From a virus (lineage: Duplodnaviria > Caudoviricetes), in IMG/VR virus record IMGVR_UViG_3300020388_000010: a stretch of 64,000 bases of DNA. One strand, 5' to 3'. The notes under the pieces are model-generated. The model was not told where the DNA came from, did not search any database, and saw nothing but the letters and a program-made list of their open reading frames with translations. Of the stretch, positions 56,407 to 64,000 are shown one piece after another (within the stretch, counting starts at the first letter, position 1; every line of letters starts with the position of its first letter). The translations under genes were made by a program, and so were the position numbers.

Positions 56407-57003
56407 ATGGCAAATAATTTTAAAAATTCATTCGTAAGTGTAACTACTGCTGGAGAATTTTATCAGTCTGATGCATCTGATTCTTTGACAGGCCCACAAA
56501 CAGTTTATACTGCAAACAATGGTTCTGGAGTAAATTCAATTCTTATTGAGTTAGATGCCGCCAATACTGGTGGTAGTGCAATAACAGCAACTGCATATCT
56601 TCAAGACACTAGTGCAACATTAGGTACAATTTCAAGTGTGGTATCAACAAGTGATACTGCAACGGTTACTTGTGGTACTGCACACGGATTACAAACTGGT
56701 ATGTATGTTAATGTAACTGGTTCTACAACAAACTATGTTAATGGAATTTACAAGATTACAAAAACTGGTGCAACTACATTTACATATGCACAAAATACAA
56801 GTGCATCAAATGGAACTGCAGCTGGTACGATTGTAATTTATAAAGCATTTCATATTGTAAAAGATGCACCTATTCCACCACAATCAACTTTAAAAATTGT
56901 GTCTGGACAAAAAGTAGTTTTAAATAATGACGATAAAGTTTTAGTTTATGGTAGTGCAGCTACATTAGATGTTGTTGCATCAATACTTGAAGATGTAACT
57001 TAA
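56407..57003 (+). CDS. Structural protein
   Basis: MANNFKN...KVVL...D...SILE with an inserted HGL.TG beta module. Confidence 0.7.
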   Translation: MANNFKNSFVSVTTAGEFYQSDASDSLTGPQTVYTANNGSGVNSILIELDAANTGGSAITATAYLQDTSATLGTISSVVSTSDTATVTCGTAHGLQTGMYVNVTGSTTNYVNGIYKITKTGATTFTYAQNTSASNGTAAGTIVIYKAFHIVKDAPIPPQSTLKIVSGQKVVLNNDDKVLVYGSAATLDVVASILEDVT

Positions 57004-57015
57004 TGGAGTTTGTAA

Positions 57016-57816
57016 ATGGCATATATAGGTAGTCCATTTTTAAATATTCCAGCAAACACATTTGCAAAAGAAGACTTTGTAGGTTCTGATGCTGGTACAA
57101 ATAATAGCATTGCAAATTCAGTTGTTCTTTCACGAGAAGTGCCTGGACTTAACGCATCTAATGTAGAAGTATTTGTAAACAATATTAGACAAGAACCAGA
57201 TGTTGCATATTTTATCAAAGATGATGCAAACGGTGTTCCAAAGATTTTAGAATTTTCTGAAGCATTAGCTGGAAGTGATGAAGTTTATATTATTCATAAA
57301 GGTTTAGGGCCTGGTACAGAAAAAAGTGCTATTGCAGCTGGTTCTATTACTGCATCTCTTTTAAACGACACTTTAAAAACATTTACACTAGATACTTTCA
57401 CTGGTGATAATTCAACAACTGCATTTGTAACATCATCAACAATTTCATCTGCAAATTCTTTATTAGTAACGATTGATGGTATTGTTCAAAAACCGTCAAC
57501 AAACTATTCTACTTCTGGTGCAACTGTTACATTTACATCTGCCCCAGCTGCATCTGCTGAAATAGAAGTTAGAGATTTAGGAATTAAAACATCAGTAAGA
57601 AGAGGAACTGGTTTTAATTTAGACACACTTACTGTAAGTGGCAGTTCAACAACCACTATGACATTATCACACGAAGTTTTAGTGAATGATGTATTTATTT
57701 TTATCAATGGAGTTTGTCAAATTCCAACATCTGCTTATTCTGTAAGTGGTACAACCGTAACATTTGCATCTGCATTATCTGACGGTGATGTTGTAGTTGC
57801 AAGATACCAGAGATAA
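57016..57816 (+). CDS. Structural protein with FTGD..TT.F repeats
   Basis: MAYIG start; paralog-like to 43643. Confidence 0.75.
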   Translation: MAYIGSPFLNIPANTFAKEDFVGSDAGTNNSIANSVVLSREVPGLNASNVEVFVNNIRQEPDVAYFIKDDANGVPKILEFSEALAGSDEVYIIHKGLGPGTEKSAIAAGSITASLLNDTLKTFTLDTFTGDNSTTAFVTSSTISSANSLLVTIDGIVQKPSTNYSTSGATVTFTSAPAASAEIEVRDLGIKTSVRRGTGFNLDTLTVSGSSTTTMTLSHEVLVNDVFIFINGVCQIPTSAYSVSGTTVTFASALSDGDVVVARYQR

Positions 57817-57818
57817 AT

Positions 57819-59504
57819 ATGCCATTAACAACTATCAAATCATCAAACATAAAAGACGCTGAAGTAAAAAATGCAGACATTAGTCCAACTGCTGGTATTG
57901 CAGAATCTAAAGTTGCTGGATTAGATGCAGCTCAAATTAGTACAAACGCATTTAATATTGGTGTCTTAGGTTTTAAGATGGCAGTAAGTGAAGGACTTAC
58001 TGTTTTCAATTTAATTGATGGTATTGTTGATGAATTCAACAATGAAAGTGGTATAGACACATCAGAAAATGTAACTTCTAGTTATGATTCTAGTTCAGAT
58101 TTCTATTCAAATTTAGATGGCCCTAATCCTATTCCAACTCCACAAGCATCTTTGACTCAAATTACATCAAGTGGGCCTGGTACATATAGTGTTGAACCCA
58201 CAACAACTGTCGTTAAAGTTTTTGCTGTTGGTGGTGGAGGTGCTGGTGGTGGTTCTGGGCCTGGTAATGGAGGCGGTGGCGGCGGAGGTGCTGGTGGTGT
58301 ATTTTTAGATGCTGATGTTCCAGTAACTGGTGGTGCTGGTGTTGCAGTAAATGTTGGTGCTGGTGGTGAGGGTCATTTTGTACCTAATCATCCATCTTAT
58401 CCAGCAGTTGGTTCTGCACATCCTTCAAGACCTTCAGAGTGGGTAACTTACTCACCATTCTCTGCTGAGCCTGGTACTCACTCAAAACCTGGCGCTGATA
58501 CAACTTTTGGCCCTACTGTTTTAGCAGAAGGTGGTGGAGGTGGTGGTCACGGATATCAAGGAACAAGTGAGGGTGCATCTGACCCAGCATTTCCTGGCCA
58601 AGAATTAGTAGATGGATTGCCTGGTGGTTCTGGTGGTGGTGCTGGATATTCTGAAGGTACAATAGGTGAGGGAGAAACTGGAGAAAGTAGACACCCTGCT
58701 GGAGATTTAGCACAACAAGGATTTGACGGTGGTATATTTTATGGTTCTGGGCCAGGTTATGGTGGTGGTGGCGGTGGTGGTGCTGGTCAACTAGGTGAAG
58801 CTGCAAGTGGTTCAGAAGGTGGAGAAGGTGGTAATGGCATACAAGTCGGCCCTGCTAATCCACAATTAAATTGGATGCCTGCTGGTTACGGTTTTGATAC
58901 TGGTGAATATATTGCTGGTGGAGGAGCTGGAGGAGAATATGCCCCTGGCGCTTTAAATAATGGTGGTTTAGGTGGTGGTGGTGATGCAAATCATTTTCCA
59001 CAAGCAAGTGGTATAAGTGAACCAGCTGTAGAAACAAGAGGTGAAGATGGTGATGCAAACTCTGGTGGAGGTGGTGGTTCATTTGGTGGTGGGCCAGGTG
59101 GTAGCACTCCAGATAAAAGAGGTGGTCTCGGTGGTAGTGGACAAATAGTTGTATTAGAAATGGAGTCATTAGCCACATCTGCAAGTAGCACATTAGTATC
59201 AGATACATTTACTGCAAACTCAACACCAACTAAAGCAAGAATAGTTTTATTTGCAGAAATAAGTGATGATTTAAATACAGATGTGTCAGTTTCTGCAACC
59301 AGAGATAACACTAACTACGATGCAATCACATTAACAGATACTGGTTATGTAAGTGGTAGTAGTGGTACAAAAGTATATTCTGGTTCTACTACATTAACTG
59401 GAGCTGCACCTGGCCAACCTCAAGTACAAGTCCGTTGGAAAATTGTTGGAAGTAATCAAACTGCTGAAAATAAAATACACGGTGTTGCGTTGCAGTGGAA
59501 ATAA
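57819..59504 (+). CDS. Glycine-rich adhesin-like protein
   Basis: AVGGGGAGG...GGGGGAGG polyglycine motifs. Confidence 0.8.
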   Translation: MPLTTIKSSNIKDAEVKNADISPTAGIAESKVAGLDAAQISTNAFNIGVLGFKMAVSEGLTVFNLIDGIVDEFNNESGIDTSENVTSSYDSSSDFYSNLDGPNPIPTPQASLTQITSSGPGTYSVEPTTTVVKVFAVGGGGAGGGSGPGNGGGGGGGAGGVFLDADVPVTGGAGVAVNVGAGGEGHFVPNHPSYPAVGSAHPSRPSEWVTYSPFSAEPGTHSKPGADTTFGPTVLAEGGGGGGHGYQGTSEGASDPAFPGQELVDGLPGGSGGGAGYSEGTIGEGETGESRHPAGDLAQQGFDGGIFYGSGPGYGGGGGGGAGQLGEAASGSEGGEGGNGIQVGPANPQLNWMPAGYGFDTGEYIAGGGAGGEYAPGALNNGGLGGGGDANHFPQASGISEPAVETRGEDGDANSGGGGGSFGGGPGGSTPDKRGGLGGSGQIVVLEMESLATSASSTLVSDTFTANSTPTKARIVLFAEISDDLNTDVSVSATRDNTNYDAITLTDTGYVSGSSGTKVYSGSTTLTGAAPGQPQVQVRWKIVGSNQTAENKIHGVALQWK

Positions 59505-59507
59505 ATT

Positions 59508-61277
59508 ATGCCAAATCCCTTAACTGGTTTAACTCAGATAAAATCAACTGACATCACAGATGGAACTATCACTGATGCAGACATATCACCTAGTGCAAGT
59601 ATCACATCTACAAAAACTGAAATTGATACCGATTTAGCAGACACAAATACACCTTTCAATATTGGTGTATTAGGATTTAAACACGCAGTCAATGAAGGTT
59701 TGACAATATTTAATTTAGTAGATGGTATTGTTGATGAGTTTAATAGTGAAGGTGGTATAGATACTTCAGAAAATTCAAACGCAGTATATAATTCTTCTTC
59801 AGATTTTTATGCAAATACAAATCCAAATCAACCTTTACCCTCTCCATCAATACAAAGAACATCTATTACTGATACTGGTTCTGGAACTTACTCAGTAGAA
59901 CCTACAACATCAGCAGTTGATATTTTAGTTATTGGAGGAGGTGGTTCTGGTGGTGCTGGTGGATATAATAATACTGCTGGTGGTGGTGGAGGTGCTGGTG
60001 GTTTAATATTTTATGAAGATTATCCAGTAACTGGTGGAACAAGTATTCCAGTATCAGTAGGTGCTGGTGGTAGAAGTGCTGGAGGAGGTGGCCCTCTTGG
60101 AGTTGCATCATCTGGTTATGAACCATTTCAACCACAAAGATTTACTTGGGCTTACGACCCAATGCCAGAAACTCCCGTTCAACAACTTTATTCGCCAGGC
60201 GAAAAAGGTACAGATTCAGTTTTTGGTTCAGCTCCAGCGTTAGTTCTAACTGCTGAGGGTGGTGGTGCTGGTGGTGGATATTATCACGAAGGTTATGTTG
60301 GAAGTTTAGAACACACACAAATACAAGGTGGTAGTGCTGGTGGAACTGGTTCTATAAATAATGCCCCAGTAGTTCCAGCTGCTGAACACGCATCAACTCA
60401 AACAACAAATCATCCAGTTCCTGGCTTATCAAATGACCCTTTGCCTGGAACTCCTATAAATGCACGAGGTGCTTTTGGTAGTGCTGGTGGATTAGGTTTT
60501 CATACTGGCCCACAAAGTCAACTTGCAAACTCTGGTGGCGGTGGAGGAGCAGGAGCAGAAGGTGGAGATGTAACATCACCTCAAGGACAAAGAGGTGGTG
60601 CTGGTGGTATAGGTTTAAATTATAATATTGCAGATGGTTCAACACCAGTAGGTTATGCTGGCGGCGGTGGTGGAGGTGGTGCTGATACTGCACCTCCTAG
60701 TGAAAGTGTTCCTTATGGTGGTGGAGTAGGACAAGTAACAACTAATCAAGCATCTGCACCTTGGGCTCCAACACCAAGTCCATATAGTCCTTTCGTTACA
60801 GGCACAGAGGGTTTCTTTGGAACTGATGCAGTTGTAAATACTGGTGGTGGTTCTGGTGGTGGTCATATGGAAGGCCCTGCTCCGGCAAGCACTGGTGTAA
60901 GTGGTATTGCTGGTTCTGGTATTATTGTTGTTGCAGAAAGTAAAGGTGATATTGCTAACTCTAGTATGACTTTAATATCTGATACATTTACTGCAAGTTC
61001 AACACCAAGTAAAGCAAGACTTGTATTGTTTGCAGAAATAGGAGATGATTTAAATACCGATATCAACGCATCAGTAACAAGAGATAATACAACATTTAAT
61101 GCAGTCACACTAACAGACGAAGGGTTTCAAGCAGGAAGTTCTGGTATAAAAATATTTACTGGTAGTACACCTTTAACTGGTACTGCAAGTCCTCAAGTAC
61201 AACTTAGATGGAAAATTGTTGGAAGTAACCAAGTTAATACAAATAAAATTCACGGTGTAGCCCTCCAGTGGGCATAG
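59508..61277 (+). CDS. Glycine-rich adhesin-like protein (tandem paralog)
   Basis: Shares the N- and C-terminal domains of 57819. Confidence 0.8.
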   Translation: MPNPLTGLTQIKSTDITDGTITDADISPSASITSTKTEIDTDLADTNTPFNIGVLGFKHAVNEGLTIFNLVDGIVDEFNSEGGIDTSENSNAVYNSSSDFYANTNPNQPLPSPSIQRTSITDTGSGTYSVEPTTSAVDILVIGGGGSGGAGGYNNTAGGGGGAGGLIFYEDYPVTGGTSIPVSVGAGGRSAGGGGPLGVASSGYEPFQPQRFTWAYDPMPETPVQQLYSPGEKGTDSVFGSAPALVLTAEGGGAGGGYYHEGYVGSLEHTQIQGGSAGGTGSINNAPVVPAAEHASTQTTNHPVPGLSNDPLPGTPINARGAFGSAGGLGFHTGPQSQLANSGGGGGAGAEGGDVTSPQGQRGGAGGIGLNYNIADGSTPVGYAGGGGGGGADTAPPSESVPYGGGVGQVTTNQASAPWAPTPSPYSPFVTGTEGFFGTDAVVNTGGGSGGGHMEGPAPASTGVSGIAGSGIIVVAESKGDIANSSMTLISDTFTASSTPSKARLVLFAEIGDDLNTDINASVTRDNTTFNAVTLTDEGFQAGSSGIKIFTGSTPLTGTASPQVQLRWKIVGSNQVNTNKIHGVALQWA

Positions 61278-61290
61278 AATATATATTATT

Positions 61291-61803
61291 ATGAAGATAT
61301 TTAAACAGAAATACAAAACCCCATCAAAAGAAGAATTTCCTCCAATCATAAGTTATCACGATAAAAGATATAATGGTACAATGGTTGATGAACAAGGTCG
61401 TTTCTATACAGTAGAAGATGAAACACAAAGATTGTTTCGTTGGGAACGAATGATTCGTAAAAAAGAAAGACAAAAAGAACAAATTAAAACTTGGATTGCA
61501 ATCAAAGAAGGAACATATCATAAAAAAAATTATTATATGAGTAATAATACTAATAAACAACATTTTCACTGGAATAAAATGCCTAAACCTAAAACTGGTG
61601 GTAAACTATCTAGAAAATTAGATGGTGGTTGGGTAGAAGAATATAAACCAGTAAAATCTACACGATTACATAAATGGTTAGAAAATGCAAAAGAGGGAAA
61701 AGTTTTTAATGGACAAAAACACAGAACAAAACAATGGTTAATAAAACCAACTAGTGCAGATGTTGACCAAATTAAAAACCCTATTGACATTGAAAAAAAA
61801 TAG
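61291..61803 (+). CDS. Hypothetical basic protein
   Basis: Lys/Arg-rich ORF. Confidence 0.6.
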   Translation: MKIFKQKYKTPSKEEFPPIISYHDKRYNGTMVDEQGRFYTVEDETQRLFRWERMIRKKERQKEQIKTWIAIKEGTYHKKNYYMSNNTNKQHFHWNKMPKPKTGGKLSRKLDGGWVEEYKPVKSTRLHKWLENAKEGKVFNGQKHRTKQWLIKPTSADVDQIKNPIDIEKK

Positions 61804-61830
61804 TGTATAATTATTAAAAGGTGAAAAATT

Positions 61831-62490
61831 ATGAATACATTTACAGACTCAGAGATTGATACTCTGGAACTTCCTAAAAAAGAGGAAGAAAAAAAAGAAG
61901 AACCCCAAGAAAAAAATATTGTTGAACCAGATGATAAAAATATTGTCAAACTGGTAGGTAATAAAAATATAGTTTCTATATTAACATCACAGTTTTTTGC
62001 AGAAAAAGAATGTGATGCAATAGTAAAAGAAACAGTTAAAGAATTATGGGTTGATAGTTCATTAAAAGGTGTGAGAAAAGCAACACAACAATCTTTACCT
62101 ATGAACGATAAAGGTTGGCCCTATACTAAAGTGTTAGAACTTGCACAACAAGCTAATGATAAAAATTTTAAAATGCAACTTGCTGGTTTTTATCAAGCAG
62201 ACAATCCACAAATAGTTTGTTATAAGAACAAAAACTTCTATAATTATCATTTAGACATTGGAAACAATGCACCATTTAGAAAATTAACTTTTATTATTCA
62301 ATTATCTGACACCAAAGATTATGATGGTGGGCATATTGAATTAATGAATATGACTACGGATAATAAATTATTTAGACAAAAAGGTCAAATAATTATATTC
62401 CCATCTTTTGTTCCTTGGCGTGTTACTAAAGTTACAAAGGGTGTAAGAAATTGTATTGAGGGTTGGTTACACGGCCCAAGTTATGTATGA
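61831..62490 (+). CDS. 2OG-Fe(II) oxygenase (prolyl-hydroxylase-like; distal His replaced by Trp)
   Basis: YHLD, RKLTFIIQLS, YDGG, IFPSFVPWRVTKVTKGVR; promoter TTGACA-N17-TATAAT at 61784. Confidence 0.85.
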   Translation: MNTFTDSEIDTLELPKKEEEKKEEPQEKNIVEPDDKNIVKLVGNKNIVSILTSQFFAEKECDAIVKETVKELWVDSSLKGVRKATQQSLPMNDKGWPYTKVLELAQQANDKNFKMQLAGFYQADNPQIVCYKNKNFYNYHLDIGNNAPFRKLTFIIQLSDTKDYDGGHIELMNMTTDNKLFRQKGQIIIFPSFVPWRVTKVTKGVRNCIEGWLHGPSYV

Positions 62491-63233
62491 CATTTAATAA
62501 ACTCGCACAAGAAGTACCATTAAATAATAGGGGAAAGATAACATCTGAGATATGGTTTCCTACACTATTTCATTTTAAAGATATTTTAGATTATCAAGAA
62601 AGAAATAAAAAATGGTTAAAACATATCTTCAAATGGAGAGATGATGACAATAGAGGTATTGTTCGTTCTAACTCAAGAGGTTGGCATAGTGCAGTGGATA
62701 TGCATATGCGAGAAGAATATGAAGATTTAGGAAAAGAAGCACTTAAAATAGGTTTGAGAATACAAGAAATAATGGATTTAAATCCAGACACAGAACCAGT
62801 CATTGATAATATGTGGGCGAATGTTTCTCAGTTTGGTGCTCATAATCGTAATCATACTCACCCAGGCTCACATTTTAGTTTTGTTTACTATTTACAATCT
62901 CCAGAAAAATGTGGAAGTATATGGTTCTCTGACCCAAGAGCACAAGCAATCGCAGTTCAACTACCATATAATCCAAAAAAACAGAGAGTAAGAGAAACAC
63001 TTAATGAAGTATATTGGGCTCCAGTTCCAGGCAGATTAATTATGTTTCCATCTTGGGCAGTACACGAAGTAGAACCTAATTTATCAGAACTAAAAGGTAA
63101 AAAAGGTCTAAGAGTAAGTGTTTCTGGTAATTTATCTTTTCACATAAAAAAAGGTCTTAAATTTAAAGACGAAAGAGAAGGACACGATGCGAAAGGTTTT
63201 CTTACTATGAAGGGTGCTGAAAAACGAACATAA
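62487..63233 (+). CDS. 2OG-Fe(II) oxygenase-like protein (TIGR02466-type)
   Basis: WFPT, SNSRGWHS, MWAN, HTHPGS, FSDPR, MFPSWAVHEV, RVSVSGN. Confidence 0.88.
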   Translation: MTFNKLAQEVPLNNRGKITSEIWFPTLFHFKDILDYQERNKKWLKHIFKWRDDDNRGIVRSNSRGWHSAVDMHMREEYEDLGKEALKIGLRIQEIMDLNPDTEPVIDNMWANVSQFGAHNRNHTHPGSHFSFVYYLQSPEKCGSIWFSDPRAQAIAVQLPYNPKKQRVRETLNEVYWAPVPGRLIMFPSWAVHEVEPNLSELKGKKGLRVSVSGNLSFHIKKGLKFKDEREGHDAKGFLTMKGAEKRT

Positions 63234-63271
63234 TCTCTTTTTATTATAAATAGTTATAAAAAGGATTAGTT

Positions 63272-64000
63272 ATGGCAGTACCTACTTCAAAGTCAACATT
63301 TAAAGAATATTGTTTAAGAGCATTAGGTAAAGGTGTCATTGATATCAATATATCTGATGACCAATTAGATGATAGAGTAGATGAAGCTTTACAATATTTT
63401 TCAAAATACCACTATGATGGTATTGAAAGAGTATATTTAAAACATCAACTGACAACCACTGAAATTACAAGAATGAGAAGTAATGAAAGTGCAGTTACAG
63501 CAACTGATAAAGTTGATAGTTCAATTACAGCAGACTTCTTACAACAAGAAAATTATTTACCTATTCCAGATAGTGTATTATCAGTTGTAAAAGTATACCC
63601 AGTAACAGATAAATTAACTCAAAATTTATTTGATGTTCGTTATCAATTAAGACTAAATGATTTATATGATTTCAGTTCAACTTCAATAATTCACTATGAA
63701 ATGACAATGAGGCATCTAGATTTTCTAGACCACATTCTTACTGGTGAATATCCAATAGATTTTAAAGAACATCAAAACAGATTATACATTCACGCAGATA
63801 TGGAAAAAGATTTCAATAACGGTGATTTTCTTTTAATTGAATGTTATAGAAAATTAGACCCAGCAGTATACACAGATGTATTTGATGATATGTATTTAAA
63901 AAGATATGCAACTGCATTAATTAAAAAACAATGGGGTTCTAACCTATCAAAATTTAATGGTGTTCAAATGTTAGGTGGAGTTACTATGAACGGTGAAGCA
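63272..64000 (+). CDS. gp13: gp13 neck protein (runs off the window; not in track)
   Basis: YCLRALG...I.INI.DDQ.DDR.DEALQYF..YHYDG, LKRYATALIKKQWG.NL.KF; TATAAATA at 63245. Confidence 0.95.
   Translation, partial: MAVPTSKSTFKEYCLRALGKGVIDINISDDQLDDRVDEALQYFSKYHYDGIERVYLKHQLTTTEITRMRSNESAVTATDKVDSSITADFLQQENYLPIPDSVLSVVKVYPVTDKLTQNLFDVRYQLRLNDLYDFSSTSIIHYEMTMRHLDFLDHILTGEYPIDFKEHQNRLYIHADMEKDFNNGDFLLIECYRKLDPAVYTDVFDDMYLKRYATALIKKQWGSNLSKFNGVQMLGGVTMNGEA

Noticed and set aside
30155-61949. Many minus-strand ORFs within structural genes, including His-rich ones at 58513-60693
   Set aside because: Antisense artefacts of codon bias and GGT repeats; no RBS or motifs
1-64000. Stop-codon reassignment, introns or inteins
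   Set aside because: Core genes are full length in the standard code, and no homing endonuclease or intein motifs were noticed

Overview
64 kb AT-rich segment of a T4-like (myovirus) phage genome. The host is most likely a marine alphaproteobacterium, inferred from a permuted alpha-type tmRNA with tag ANDNFASQDFALAA, an alpha-type SdhB, a DUF1674/SDHAF4 gene and a zf-CHCC gene. Layout: endolysin, oxygenase and exonuclease; tmRNA + pqqA; gp33-gp59-gp32; an inverted tail block (gp4, gp2, tube-like protein, gp26/gp51, tape measure); gp48-gp53-hub; a ~15 kb accessory region (15-30 kb) of small ORFs behind repeated sigma70 early promoters; thyX; then a long late baseplate/tail operon (gp5, PAAR, gp25, gp6, gp7, gp9-like, a fibre/chaperone cassette, gp8, a VrlC-like giant protein, Gly-rich adhesin paralogs) ending in gp13. 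Several of the most interesting features are missing from the supplied ORF track. (1) A dispersed set of respiratory-chain/cofactor support genes: iscA, iscU, sdhB, SDHAF4/DUF1674, NDUFS6-like zf-CHCC, DUF1289 and pqqA. (2) A tmRNA-hairpin-pqqA transcription unit. (3) A candidate lambda G/GT-like -1 frameshift between gp26 and gp51. (4) An unassigned UUCG-capped three-way-junction RNA. (5) A zeta-like kinase with a capsid-targeting-like N-terminus. All calls come from motif recognition by eye; no searches were run.
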